A stretch of 64,000 nucleotides of DNA from an uncultured Oscillospiraceae bacterium (GTDB lineage: Bacteria > Bacillota > Clostridia > Oscillospirales > Ruminococcaceae), in the NCBI GenBank assembly GCA_964370045.1, contig CAYJGZ010000006.1, positions 26,946 through 90,945 on the forward strand, read 5' to 3'. Within the stretch, counting starts at the first letter, position 1. Each line of letters starts with the position of its first letter. The position numbers and the translations under genes are program-made. Positions 35,472 to 45,203 of the stretch are shown here, piece by piece. Under the pieces are notes generated by a model. The model was not told where the DNA came from. It saw only the letters and a list, made by a program, of their open reading frames with translations, and made no database searches.

Positions 35472-35690
35472 CTAATTATTCAGCGGAATCCATGTATAAA
35501 TGCCACTGTTCGACGTTATAGCTTTTTTGGGACAGTCGGTCATGGCGGTGATTGCACATTCCTCGTTATCCTTGTTAGTCTCGCCCAAAACATGGGCCTT
35601 TTGGTCATCTCCCATTTCAAAAGTCTGTGCGCAGATACTTGCACAAATGCCACACCCGTTGCACTTGGAGCGTTTTACCTCAAAAGTCAT
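35472..35690 (-). CDS. Small [4Fe-4S] ferredoxin
   Basis: 72 aa. CNGCGICASIC...CP cluster-binding pattern (MTFEVKRSKCNGCGICASICAQTFEMGDD...). Confidence 0.75.
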   Translation of the reverse strand: MTFEVKRSKCNGCGICASICAQTFEMGDDQKAHVLGETNKDNEECAITAMTDCPKKAITSNSGIYTWIPLNN

Positions 35691-35806
35691 AGCTCATCGT
35701 CCTTTCTTTTTTGCACGTATTGGAATACAATCATGCGTTTGTACTCAGCCTAAACGCCTGCGTGCGATAAAAAAAGAAATATGTGTCGAGCAAGGTTTGC
35801 ACAGGC

Positions 35807-35842
35807 AAAAAAAATCCCCCGCCGAAAACTTACATCGGCGAG
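35807..35842 (-). terminator. Terminator candidate after typA
   Basis: Short GC stem (cgccg / cggcg), followed on the minus strand by T8. Confidence 0.45.
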
Positions 35843-35867
35843 AGCATTTATTTTATTTCACAAGTTT

Positions 35868-37688
35868 TTACACTTTCTTCTTTTCGGCCTTCATGCGCAT
35901 GTCGTGGTTTAGGATTTTTTTGCGGATGCGGATGTTTTTGGGCGTTACTTCCACCAGCTCATCCTCCCGAACAAACTCCAGCGCCTGCTCAAGGCTCATC
36001 TTGTTCACAGGCACAAGGCGCAGTGCGTCGTCACTGCCCGAGGCACGGATGTTTGTGAGGTGCTTTTGCTTGCATATATTTACGGTGATGTTTTCACTCT
36101 TTGGCGATACGCCCACCACCATGCCCGCATACACCTTTTCGCCCGGCGTTATTATCAGCCTGCCCCTTGACTGTGCGGCGTGCAGGCCGTACGCCACCGC
36201 ATCGCCCGTCTCGTAGCTGATAAGGCTGCCGCTGCTGCGTGTGGGCAAATCGCCCTTCCATGGGGCGTAGCCGTCAAATATGGTGTTCAAAATGCCCTCG
36301 CCGTGCGTGTCGGTCAAAAACTCGCTCCTGTAGCCGAAAAGCCCTCGGCTGGGTATCTTGAACTCAATGCGCATACGGCTTGCCTGCGGCGCCATCTGTA
36401 TCATCTCGCCCTTGCGCAGGCTCAGCTTTTGTATCACAGCGCCTTGGTACAGCTCGGGCACGTCCACCACCACGTACTCCATCGGCTCCATCATCTGGCC
36501 GTCCTCCTCACGCAACAGCACCTTGGGGGGAGACACCTGAAACTCATACCCCTCCCTGCGCATGTTTTCAATGAGGATGGACAGGTGCATTTCGCCACGG
36601 CCCATTACCTTAAAGGAATCGGTGGAGGAGCTATCCGCCACCTTCAGTGCCACATCCCGCAAAAGCTCCCTGAAAAGGCGGTCTCTCAGCTGACGGCTGG
36701 TGACAAACTTGCCCTCCTTGCCTGCAAAGGGGGAGTCGTTTACCGAAAATGTCATCTCCACGGTGGGCTCGGTAATTTTCAAAAATGGCAACGCTTTCAC
36801 CGCAGTCACATCGCACAGCGTGTTGCCTATGGTAACGCCCTCAATGCCCGAAAACGCCACAATGTCCCCCGCCGATGCGCTCTCCACAGGCACTCTCTCT
36901 ACACCCTCAAAGCTGTAAAGCGCAGTTATGCGGCCCCTTTTCATCAGCGACGGCTCGTTGCTATCGCACAGCATGATGTCCATATTTTGCTTTACAACGC
37001 CGCTCTCCACCCTGCCAATACCTATGCGACCCACATACTCGCTATAGTCCACGGAGGAACATAGCATACTCAAAGGCTCGCTCACCTCACACTTGGGCGC
37101 ACGAACATACTCAAGTATGGTGGAAAACAGCGGCTTTAGGTCCTCGCCCTGCACATCGGGCGAGTAGCTGGCGGTGCCGTGTCTGCCCGAGGTGAACACC
37201 ATGGGCGAATCCAGCTGCTCGTCCGTTGCGCCAAGGTCCATGAGCAGCAGCAAAATCTCGTCGATGACCTCTTTTATGCGTGCATCCGGCCTGTCCACCT
37301 TGTTCACAACGATTACAAGGTTGAGGTCCTGCGCCAGCGCCTTTTGCAGCACAAAGCGTGTCTGGGGCATACATCCCTCGGCGGCATCCACCAAAAGAAG
37401 CACGCCGCTCACCATCTTGAGCACACGCTCCACCTCGCCGCCAAAGTCGGCGTGCCCTGGGGTGTCCACAATGTTTACCTTGACACCCTCGTAGGTGAGG
37501 CTTGCGTTTTTCGCGAGGATGGTGATGCCCCTTTCCCTCTCGATGTCGCCCGAGTCCATCACACGCTCGGCCACCTGCTGGTTTTCCCTAAATGTGCCGC
37601 TCTGCTTGAGCATCTCGTCCACAAGGGTGGTCTTGCCGTGGTCAACGTGTGCGATAATTGCGATGTTACGAATGTTTGATGTCTCCAT
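35868..37688 (-). CDS. typA: Translational GTPase TypA/BipA
   Basis: ORF 35868..37766. Start at ATG 37688 (METSNIRNIAIIAHVDHGKTTLVD...) behind AAGGAGAA. G1-G4 GTPase motifs and the BipA C-terminal domain. Confidence 0.95.
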   Translation of the reverse strand: METSNIRNIAIIAHVDHGKTTLVDEMLKQSGTFRENQQVAERVMDSGDIERERGITILAKNASLTYEGVKVNIVDTPGHADFGGEVERVLKMVSGVLLLVDAAEGCMPQTRFVLQKALAQDLNLVIVVNKVDRPDARIKEVIDEILLLLMDLGATDEQLDSPMVFTSGRHGTASYSPDVQGEDLKPLFSTILEYVRAPKCEVSEPLSMLCSSVDYSEYVGRIGIGRVESGVVKQNMDIMLCDSNEPSLMKRGRITALYSFEGVERVPVESASAGDIVAFSGIEGVTIGNTLCDVTAVKALPFLKITEPTVEMTFSVNDSPFAGKEGKFVTSRQLRDRLFRELLRDVALKVADSSSTDSFKVMGRGEMHLSILIENMRREGYEFQVSPPKVLLREEDGQMMEPMEYVVVDVPELYQGAVIQKLSLRKGEMIQMAPQASRMRIEFKIPSRGLFGYRSEFLTDTHGEGILNTIFDGYAPWKGDLPTRSSGSLISYETGDAVAYGLHAAQSRGRLIITPGEKVYAGMVVGVSPKSENITVNICKQKHLTNIRASGSDDALRLVPVNKMSLEQALEFVREDELVEVTPKNIRIRKKILNHDMRMKAEKKKV

Positions 37689-37948
37689 AATTCTCCTTAC
37701 ACAATGTCGGTGCACACGCATACCGTGCGCACCATGCGATATATTTGCACTATGCCGAAATGGCAATATAGTCCTTTAAGCTACAGCCCATGTAGGCTAC
37801 CTCTGTGAAAATGTGTCCTATAAAACCAACAAATCCGCAGACTTATTAAGTATAGCACGTACAGATACCTCGTGTCAAAAAATCCTACTATTTTGCACCG
37901 CTTGGCAAAACACATTTTACACAAAACAAGCTGCTACGTTTTTTGGAA

Positions 37949-38053
37949 GTGTCCAAATGCGGTGATTTTGCTATATCCCCGCCGCAGGCGGGGGATATAG
38001 CGCCTTCTTCTTGCACCCAGCGTATTCCAAATCACCTCTATGTGTCCACTCCC
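37949..38053 (-). mobile_element. MITE-like repeat family A, intermediate copy (A2)
   Basis: The reverse complement matches A1 at both ends (..GGAGTGGACACATAGAGGTGATTTGGAATACGCTGGGTGCAAGAAGAAGGCGCTATATCCCCCGCCTGCGGCGGGGATATAGCAAAATCACCGCATTTGGACAC) and lacks the 138-bp interior block of A1. Confidence 0.6.
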
Positions 38054-38121
38054 CGTTTTTGTAACGGCATTGTAATGTGCTTTTTGTTGATGTACGGGGT
38101 GTGTAATGGTAGAATTAAATT

Positions 38122-38153
38122 AAAGAAATCAAGTGGTAAAGAAATCAAGTGGT
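38122..38153 (+). repeat. Tandem 16-bp direct repeat x2
   Basis: AAAGAAATCAAGTGGT repeated head-to-tail, ~90 nt upstream of the lipoprotein gene start. Confidence 0.6.
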
Positions 38154-38240
38154 GTTTTTTTTGGTGCTTTGTGCTGTTGATGCACAGGGCAATTTTGGAA
38201 TTATGCGGTAATATATCCAAGCTATGGGAGGTGGTGCAAA

Positions 38241-39413
38241 GTGAGCGTATTCAAGAAAACTTTGATATTTATGCTAACAGTACTTGTGCCGATGGCGCTT
38301 GTGCTTGCCTCCTGCGGTAGCACCACCCAAACTGTTTCCCTAAGCGCACCAGCTCCCGCCGTTTCGGGCATGGAGCCGCCCAGTGCAGGTGCCGAAATTG
38401 CGCTCATCACCACCGAGGCCTGCCTTGAGGATACCACAGGCCAGCAGCTGCAAGCGGACATTGGCACGTTTGCGGGGCAGGCGGGGCACACCATCGCCAC
38501 CTACAAAACGGAGGAGGAAAACCCACAGGCGGCCGTTGCCACGTTAGAGCTTGCGGTTACGGGCGGTGCGGATGTGGTGGTGGTGCTGGGAGATACCCAA
38601 AGTGCCGCAATAAGCGAGGTGAGCGGACAGTACCACGCACAAAGCTTTATCTTGGTGGGTGCGCCACCCAGCGCCGAGCTTTCCTCCAACACGGTGTCGG
38701 TTCAGTTTGCAACAGAGCAGGCTGGCTGGCTACTGGGACACTTTGCGATGTACGAGGCCGCAGGGGATTTAGCGGTGGCGTGGGATGGCAGCGACACCTC
38801 CCTACAATATGTTTTAGGTTTTTTGATGGGTGCACAGGCCGCCGCACAAGAGAGAGAACAGTCCCCTCCCGCAAGGGTGCTGGACATTAGAGTATCGCCT
38901 GATGAAGCTTTGCCCGAAAGCGAAATTTTAGCACGCTTTGAGGAGGCGTACGCAAGTGGGGTAAACCTAATCTTTGCCGCCTGCACAGAAATGCAGGAAT
39001 ATGCACTCACGGCATCTCGTGTAGCGGAAAAAAAGCTGGTGAGCATAGGCACAGACCTTGCTATAGCGGGCGCAACTGCGCTTGCAAGCGTGCAGATGTC
39101 CCCCACACACATGGTGAGCACACTACTTAGCGAATGGGACAAGGGCATGTTTGTGGGTGGCAGAGTAGTTACAGGCACCGTCGCACAGGGTGATATTGTT
39201 TTTGAGGCGGACAGCAGTCGGCTGGAAAATGTCGGCACAGCAAGGCTGAACCGCCTGCACGGCTACTTCGAGGACACTGCCCTGCAAACACAGCTTGAAA
39301 ACACCATATTCCCCCAAGGGGAAAGCGCACTTGCAACACCGCAGGAACTGCCGCTGGAGGACATTATCTTTATACCTGCCGAGGGTGCGCAGGCAGATGA
39401 CGCTTCAAATTAG
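38241..39413 (+). CDS. Lipoprotein, BMP/PnrA-like substrate-binding fold (tentative)
   Basis: GTG start behind GGGAGGTGGTG. Signal peptide plus lipobox (LVLASCG). Loose resemblance to BMP-family binding proteins (VVVLGD..., VQFATEQAGWLLGHFAM). Confidence 0.5.
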   Translation: MSVFKKTLIFMLTVLVPMALVLASCGSTTQTVSLSAPAPAVSGMEPPSAGAEIALITTEACLEDTTGQQLQADIGTFAGQAGHTIATYKTEEENPQAAVATLELAVTGGADVVVVLGDTQSAAISEVSGQYHAQSFILVGAPPSAELSSNTVSVQFATEQAGWLLGHFAMYEAAGDLAVAWDGSDTSLQYVLGFLMGAQAAAQEREQSPPARVLDIRVSPDEALPESEILARFEEAYASGVNLIFAACTEMQEYALTASRVAEKKLVSIGTDLAIAGATALASVQMSPTHMVSTLLSEWDKGMFVGGRVVTGTVAQGDIVFEADSSRLENVGTARLNRLHGYFEDTALQTQLENTIFPQGESALATPQELPLEDIIFIPAEGAQADDASN

Positions 39414-39576
39414 GGAGCTGCTCGCACAAAATAGATTTCACAAAAAAAGGCTCAAACCAAGCTATCAGGCAAGGTTTGGCCTTTTTTTGTTAATTTGGCA
39501 GATAATCTTTGGCAGGGCAAAAAGCTCGCAGTGGGAGTGTCCTAAAAAGTGTGCAAACTCCAATAATATAGTTGTT

Positions 39577-40242
39577 TTATTTACTCCAAAGCAATACGCT
39601 ACCTTCTAACGCATGTGTAATTTCCTCGTCATTGAGCTCTTCAAGTCCCTCAAAATCACCTGTGTAGTAATAAACCTTATCAATTTCCTCTGCTCCTTTG
39701 TCCGCATAGGCAAGGGTAAACTCCGTAAAAGAGTTGTTGTTTGAAATTAAATTATCCCACTCATTATGAATTAAACAAAAGACAATATAGGTTTCAGTTA
39801 TTCCGTTATTCTCTATTTCAACTGTTTTCACCCTAACCTGTTCCCAGACACTGCCTTTTAATCTCCCGACTAAATCGTCATCTATCGTATGAACGGATAT
39901 ATTATTATCATTGTATGGTACAATACCGCGATTGTTTTTCAAGACCGTCGTTACAACAAAGGAAATAATAACGAGCGAGAGTATACAAACAGCGGATATG
40001 ATAAACTGTTTTTTGCGAAGTTTTTTCTTTATCTCCTTAAATGATTTTGCTTTTTCAAGTTCTTTGCGCTCATCAAAAGCAGAGGAAGCTATTTTATCCG
40101 CGTCACATAGCATCGTATAGTATTCGTCACAAGAGGTGCATTCAGATAAATGCTTTTTGATAATTTCCGCACTTTCTTCGCTACACACACCGTCATAATA
40201 AAGTGGCAACAAATCCTTAATCACAGTACAGTCTGTTTTCAT
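39577..40242 (-). CDS. Anti-sigma factor (zf-HC2 N-terminus, one TM, extracytoplasmic domain)
   Basis: 221 aa. ...HLSECTSCDEYY zinc-finger motif, a central TM helix, and a 4-nt overlap with the upstream sigma factor gene. Confidence 0.8.
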   Translation of the reverse strand: MKTDCTVIKDLLPLYYDGVCSEESAEIIKKHLSECTSCDEYYTMLCDADKIASSAFDERKELEKAKSFKEIKKKLRKKQFIISAVCILSLVIISFVVTTVLKNNRGIVPYNDNNISVHTIDDDLVGRLKGSVWEQVRVKTVEIENNGITETYIVFCLIHNEWDNLISNNNSFTEFTLAYADKGAEEIDKVYYYTGDFEGLEELNDEEITHALEGSVLLWSK

Positions 40243-40712
40243 TGGATTTCCTCCTTGATTTTCATCTTTGCTCTATGATAAGTGACACGAGCCCAAGTTT
40301 CCGTTTTGGAGAAAAGTTGCCCGATTTCCTTAAAGGAGAGCTCCGCAAATGTGCGCATCCAAAATATCTCTTTATATGGCTCGCCTAATAAATGTAAAAC
40401 TTTATGAACGCTAAATGCGATGTCCTTATTTATCAGGTTTTGTTCTAAGTCTTCATCTGACGGTATTGTTTCTAAAGGATAATCAACCTTGCGGTTTATA
40501 CGCTTCACAGAAGTTGAAAATTTATTCTTCGCTATTTGACATAGCCATACACTTAGCTTGCACTCACCACGAAAGCTGTTGATATTTTTCATTGCTTCAA
40601 AAAAGGCGTCTTGAGTGATTTCTTCCGCAAGTTCTTTGTTTCCACATAATTTCATCACATACATAAAAACCACATCATAGTAATCTGCGTATATTTTTTC
40701 GAAATCATTCAC
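40239..40712 (-). CDS. ECF-type sigma-70 family RNA polymerase sigma factor
   Basis: 157 aa. Region 2 (ELAEEITQDAFFEA) and region 4 (SFKEIGQLFSKTETWARVTYHRAK) patterns. Confidence 0.85.
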   Translation of the reverse strand: MNDFEKIYADYYDVVFMYVMKLCGNKELAEEITQDAFFEAMKNINSFRGECKLSVWLCQIAKNKFSTSVKRINRKVDYPLETIPSDEDLEQNLINKDIAFSVHKVLHLLGEPYKEIFWMRTFAELSFKEIGQLFSKTETWARVTYHRAKMKIKEEIQ

Positions 40713-40830
40713 AGGCTCACCTCTCTTCCTGATATTTTATTATTAAACTCGCTGTCTATATATTAAGACTATCTAAAAGCCAAAACGTTACAAATTTTTG
40801 CTTTTATTTTTAAGTGAGAATTTTCTTTGA

Positions 40831-42390
40831 TTACTTTTGTGCATCTGTCTCTTTTGCATTTTTTGGAAAAGGCCGAGCTTTGCCTGCTTTCCCCGGCCCC
40901 AAACGCAGTGGGGATATTGCCGCAAGCCCGAGCGACGCAAGTGCTATGTATATGGGTATCTGGTTCACCAGCTGGCGCTGGTTGCTCTCCCAAAACAGCA
41001 TAAACAGGAAAAAGCCGAGCAGTGCCAAAAACATTGCGTCGGCTTTGTTGTTTCGCCGCCTCAGCGAAGCCGTCGCCCCCACAACACCCAGCACGCACAA
41101 AAGCACATACACACTTTGGTTCAGATGGAAAAATTCCGTGTAAAACCGCCCCTCTGGCAAAATGAGCGAATAGATAAAGTTGTCCTCGTTTACAGGCCCA
41201 CGTGAAAGCATGTAGCTTATGTCGCCGTCACCACTGCCGAAGGTGTAGTTTAGCTTGCGTGCAAAAAACTCTAAGTTTTCACTCGCAGAGCGGCTTTGCA
41301 GACGCTCTGTGATAAGCTGCCATGTGTAATCCTGTTTACCCTGCTGGTTGTCTATGGACAAAACGCTGTCGTAGTCGAGCTGCTCATAAGCGCCGTTTTG
41401 TCCCCCAAGGCCCATCGCCACCCAAAATGTTGCGGGCATTTGGAACTGCTCCAGCGATTCCTCGCTTAAAACAGTGCTCATCTCTATTTGTGTAAGCCCT
41501 AAGCTTAGCACAAAAAACACAGCCGCAGACACGGCGGAAATAATCAGCGTCTTTTTCACTTTTTTGGAGATAAGCCCCACTAAAAACAGCGCTATAAACA
41601 CAAAAAGTACAGTGCTTTTCATCGCATATCCGCAAAAAAGCACCAGCGCAGTGAGCAGCGTAAATACCCAAAAGCTTTTTTTGGAGGTGGCGCTTTTGGC
41701 ACGCTCGAACAAATAAAGAATAGCAGGCACAAACGCAAGCGAATACGTGTCGGTGTAAAACACCGAGCCTTGCAGGTAGACAAGCGGAAATATCAGCCAA
41801 AAAACAAGGCTGATATAAGCGGCAACGATGCCCGCAATGCGCCGCAGGTACAAAAACGTGAGGCATATTGCCGCGGTGAACACAAGCTGTGCGATTACGA
41901 CGGCGACGGCGTAGTAGGCCTCGTAGCTTGCTGCCCCCAGCGCATCCACCACCGACATCATGCCCACAAAAAACAGGAAAATAGGCACGTTGTTCGGCCA
42001 GATGTTGAAATATCGGATGTACTGATAGTAGTCGTCCCTGCCTGCGTCGTGCAGATAATAGCCTGCGCCGTTAAACACACGCCCAATATCGTGGTCCAGC
42101 GACTGAAAAGTAGCGATGCTCACAAAGCTTTGGACGATAAACACAGCCCCCACGGTTACGATAAGCGCAACAACCGCAAAGCGCTTTAGCTGTGCAACGC
42201 TCACAAACCTTTTGCCCAGGTAGCAAAGCCCAAGCACAAACGCAAACAGCACCGCCACAAGTGCCAGTATGACGGGTGCGCTGTAGGAATATTCCGAGCC
42301 AAAAAATATCGTCTGTATTGTAAGCGAGCCAAATATGACGATAAAAGCTATTTTTATTGCGCTGTGCGCAGTCTTGCAAACAGTTTTCAT
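40831..42390 (-). CDS. Polytopic membrane protein, GT-C (ArnT/PMT-like) glycosyltransferase fold suspected
   Basis: 519 aa with >10 predicted TM helices and a C-terminal soluble-looking region. The family assignment rests on topology and general resemblance only. Confidence 0.45.
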   Translation of the reverse strand: MKTVCKTAHSAIKIAFIVIFGSLTIQTIFFGSEYSYSAPVILALVAVLFAFVLGLCYLGKRFVSVAQLKRFAVVALIVTVGAVFIVQSFVSIATFQSLDHDIGRVFNGAGYYLHDAGRDDYYQYIRYFNIWPNNVPIFLFFVGMMSVVDALGAASYEAYYAVAVVIAQLVFTAAICLTFLYLRRIAGIVAAYISLVFWLIFPLVYLQGSVFYTDTYSLAFVPAILYLFERAKSATSKKSFWVFTLLTALVLFCGYAMKSTVLFVFIALFLVGLISKKVKKTLIISAVSAAVFFVLSLGLTQIEMSTVLSEESLEQFQMPATFWVAMGLGGQNGAYEQLDYDSVLSIDNQQGKQDYTWQLITERLQSRSASENLEFFARKLNYTFGSGDGDISYMLSRGPVNEDNFIYSLILPEGRFYTEFFHLNQSVYVLLCVLGVVGATASLRRRNNKADAMFLALLGFFLFMLFWESNQRQLVNQIPIYIALASLGLAAISPLRLGPGKAGKARPFPKNAKETDAQK

Positions 42391-42494
42391 AGTATGACGT
42401 GTCCTTTAATATTGTAAGTGTTTCGTTATTTAGTGTAGCAATTTTTTCCCAAAAGTGCAATTAGTACAAAAAAGCAATCAATCATCAAAAACAC

Positions 42495-42523
42495 TTGAAA
42501 TCATGCAAAAATTATACTATAAT
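42495..42523 (+). promoter_or_regulatory. Sigma-70-type promoter for tRNA-Val
   Basis: TTGAAA (42495-42500), 17-nt spacer, TATAAT (42518-42523), 27 nt before the tRNA. Confidence 0.55.
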
Positions 42524-42550
42524 ACCTAACATGCTACAAAAAATCCATAC

Positions 42551-42626
42551 GGAAGCTTAGCTCAGCTGGTAGAGCACCTGCTTGACGTGCAGGGGGTCAG
42601 GGATTCGAGTTCCTTAGCTTCCACCA
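42551..42626 (+). tRNA. tRNA-Val (anticodon GAC)
   Basis: GGAAGCTTAGCTCAGCTGGTAGAGCACCTGCTTGACGTGCAGGGGGTCAGGGATTCGAGTTCCTTAGCTTCCACCA. Anticodon loop TTGACGT, encoded CCA. Confidence 0.95.
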
Positions 42627-42633
42627 AGAAAAG

Positions 42634-42679
42634 GCCATAGTTCAGCGCTGTGAAAGGCGCTGGGTTGTGGCTCTTTTTA
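42634..42679 (+). terminator. Intrinsic terminator after tRNA-Val
   Basis: 15-bp stem with G-U pairs (gccatagttcagcgc / gcgctgggttgtggc), followed by TCTTTTT. Confidence 0.6.
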
Positions 42680-42782
42680 TTGCGCAAATGCGCACCTGCT
42701 TATGATTATATCTGCGTTTTGCTCCGAAAAATCTCACAAGCTTTGAGGCAGACATGTTGTATGAAATTTGGCATTTTCACCA

Positions 42783-42811
42783 TTGACACACAATATGTAG
42801 TGTAGTAAAAT
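42783..42811 (+). promoter_or_regulatory. Sigma-70-type promoter for nrdD
   Basis: TTGACA (42783-42788), 17-nt spacer, TAAAAT (42806-42811). Confidence 0.55.
42788..42803 (+). promoter_or_regulatory. NrdR-box-like operator in the nrdD promoter spacer
   Basis: ACACAATATGTAGTGT resembles the 16-bp NrdR box consensus (acaCwAtATaTwGtgt) and sits between the -35 and -10 boxes. I could not find a convincing second box. Confidence 0.5.
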
Positions 42812-42861
42812 AACACTTGCACCCAAATGGTATATCTTTTGAAATGTGAAAGGGGCTTTCG

Positions 42862-45153
42862 ATGCCAAAATCTCAGGTGAGGACAATTACAAAGCGGGAC
42901 GGGCGCATTGTGCCGTATGACGAGAGCAAGATTGCGCAGGCTATTTTGAAGGCGCTTGCCGCAAGCGGCGAGGAGGATGCCACAGTTGCGATGCGGCTTG
43001 CCGCCGAGGTGGGCGAGGCGATGTCCGTGAACGAGGGCGACTGCTGCCAAATCGAGGACATACAGGACGAGGCGGAAAAGGCGCTGATGCGCGCAGGCTT
43101 TGAGCAGGCGGCGAAAGCGTATATTTTGTATCGTGACGCTCGCACACGTGTGAGGGAGAGCAATACCTCGCTAATGCGTGCGTTTGATGAGATTATTAGG
43201 GCGGATGCCCGTGCGTCCGACCTAAAAAGAGACAACGCAAACGTGGACGGAAACACCGCCATGGGCAGTATGCTTCAGATAGGTGCGGCGGCATCCAAGG
43301 CATACGGCGCAAGCTACCTGCTCACAAAGGAGCAGCTTGCCGCATATAACGAGGGCTGGATTCACATTCACGATTTCGATTTTTACTCGCTGACAACCAC
43401 CTGTTGCCAAACGGACATAGAGAAGCTGTTTGAGGGTGGGTTTTCCACCGGGCACGGCTACCTGCGCAGTCCGCAGGATATTCAGAGCTATGCTGCGCTT
43501 GCGTGCATTGCTATTCAAAGTTGCCAAAACGACCAGCACGGCGGGCAGAGCATTGCAAACTTTGACTACGGCCTTGGCAAGGGTGTCGCAAAGACATATG
43601 AGCGGCTGTTCGCCGAAAATCTGGGCAAAGCGCTGCAGCTTTTAGCGCCCGAAAGCGGCGAGTGGACACGTGAAGAGCTGCGCACATGGTGCGCCGAAAT
43701 TAAAAAGCAGAGCGGCACTGCGCCAAAGCTTTCCCAATCGGCGGAGGAGCTGCTGCCCTACAAGCAGGCGCTTTGCAAAAAAGTGAGCGAGGATGTGGCG
43801 CAAAAGGCGCTCGACTTTGCGGCAAAGTCGGCCGAAAAGGAGACCGACCGCCGTTGCTACCAGGCAATGGAGGCACTGGTGCACAACCTAAACTCCATGC
43901 ACTCACGTGCAGGGGCACAAACACCCTTCTCCTCCATAAACTACGGCACGGACACCTCCCCCGAGGGGCGCATGGTCATTCGCAACGTACTGCTTGTGAC
44001 GCTGGCAGGCCTTGGCCACGGCGAAACGCCCATATTCCCCATTCAGATTTTCAAGCTGAAAGAGGGCGTAAACTATAGCCCCGAGGACCCGAACTACGAC
44101 CTGTTTGAGCTGGCGTGCAAGTGCAGTGCAAAGCGCTTGTTCCCGAACTTCAGCAACTTGGATGCGCCGTTCAACCTGCAATACTACGTAAAAGGCCGCC
44201 CCGAAACGGAGATAGCCACCATGGGGTGCCGCACACGTGTGATGGCAAACAACTACGACCCCACCCGCCAAACGGCATACGGCAGGGGCAACCTTTCCTT
44301 TACGTCCATCAACCTGCCCCGCCTTGCCATACAGGCAAAGGGCGACGAGGCTGTATTTTACAAAAACCTTGATGCGGCGATGGAATTTGTGGTGCAGCAG
44401 CTGCTGGACCGCTACGAAATCCAAGCGAAAAAGAAGGTGCGAAACTTCCCCTTCCTCATGGGGCAGGGTGTGTGGCTGGACTCGGATACGCTCTCTCCCG
44501 ACGATGAAATCCGTGAGGTAATAAAGCACGGCACGCTGTCCATGGGCTTTATCGGCCTTGCGGAGACGCTCGTGTCGCTGTACGGGCATCACCACGGCGA
44601 AAGCGAGGAGATGCAAAAGAAGGGGCTGGAAATTATCGGCCGCATGAACGCCTTTAACGTGCAAAAGGGCAAAGAGACGGGCATGAACTTCACACTGCTC
44701 GCCACCCCTGCGGAGGGGCTTTCGGGACGCTTTGTGCGCATGGATAGGGAGCGCTACGGCAGTATCCCCGGCGTGACGGACAAGGAATACTACACCAACA
44801 GCTTTCACGTGCCTGTGTACTATCCCATCTCGGCGCATGAGAAAATCCAAATCGAAGCGCCCTACCACGCGCTCACGCCGGCGGGGCACATCACCTACGT
44901 GGAGCTGAACGGTGACACCGCCCAAAACACCGAGGCGTTTATGTCCATCGTAAAGTGTATGCACGATGCAGGCGTGGGCTACGGCAGCATAAACCACCCC
45001 GTGGACAGAGACCCGGTGTGCGGATATGTGGGTGTTATAGGGGAAGTTTGCCCACGTTGCGGCCGAAAAGCAGGCGAGGCGATACCCGCAGAAAAGCTTG
45101 AGCAGTTGCGCAAGATGTACCCCGAAATAGGCAGATTTTGCGCAAAATCTTAG
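42862..45153 (+). CDS. nrdD: Anaerobic ribonucleoside-triphosphate reductase, large polypeptide lacking the glycyl-radical tail
   Basis: 763 aa. N-terminal ATP-cone (VRTITKRDGRIVPYDESKI...) and class III RNR core. Ends ...HPVDRDPVCGYVGVIGEVCPRCGRK... (zinc-ribbon region) plus a 27-aa tail, with no RxxGYL radical loop. Confidence 0.9.
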   Translation: MPKSQVRTITKRDGRIVPYDESKIAQAILKALAASGEEDATVAMRLAAEVGEAMSVNEGDCCQIEDIQDEAEKALMRAGFEQAAKAYILYRDARTRVRESNTSLMRAFDEIIRADARASDLKRDNANVDGNTAMGSMLQIGAAASKAYGASYLLTKEQLAAYNEGWIHIHDFDFYSLTTTCCQTDIEKLFEGGFSTGHGYLRSPQDIQSYAALACIAIQSCQNDQHGGQSIANFDYGLGKGVAKTYERLFAENLGKALQLLAPESGEWTREELRTWCAEIKKQSGTAPKLSQSAEELLPYKQALCKKVSEDVAQKALDFAAKSAEKETDRRCYQAMEALVHNLNSMHSRAGAQTPFSSINYGTDTSPEGRMVIRNVLLVTLAGLGHGETPIFPIQIFKLKEGVNYSPEDPNYDLFELACKCSAKRLFPNFSNLDAPFNLQYYVKGRPETEIATMGCRTRVMANNYDPTRQTAYGRGNLSFTSINLPRLAIQAKGDEAVFYKNLDAAMEFVVQQLLDRYEIQAKKKVRNFPFLMGQGVWLDSDTLSPDDEIREVIKHGTLSMGFIGLAETLVSLYGHHHGESEEMQKKGLEIIGRMNAFNVQKGKETGMNFTLLATPAEGLSGRFVRMDRERYGSIPGVTDKEYYTNSFHVPVYYPISAHEKIQIEAPYHALTPAGHITYVELNGDTAQNTEAFMSIVKCMHDAGVGYGSINHPVDRDPVCGYVGVIGEVCPRCGRKAGEAIPAEKLEQLRKMYPEIGRFCAKS

Positions 45154-45203
45154 TATAAACACAATAAAGTGCGAAATACATAACACGAAAGAGAGGCAAT
45201 GTT

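Noticed and set aside
45019-45036. VCGYVG in the large NrdD ORF as the glycyl-radical site
   Set aside because: It occupies the position of the first knuckle of the C-terminal zinc ribbon (normally C-x-x-C-G-[FY]), is not preceded by the conserved Arg residues, and is not followed by the N.AK..E..R.KH tail. The small ORF at 45204 carries the complete canonical motif.
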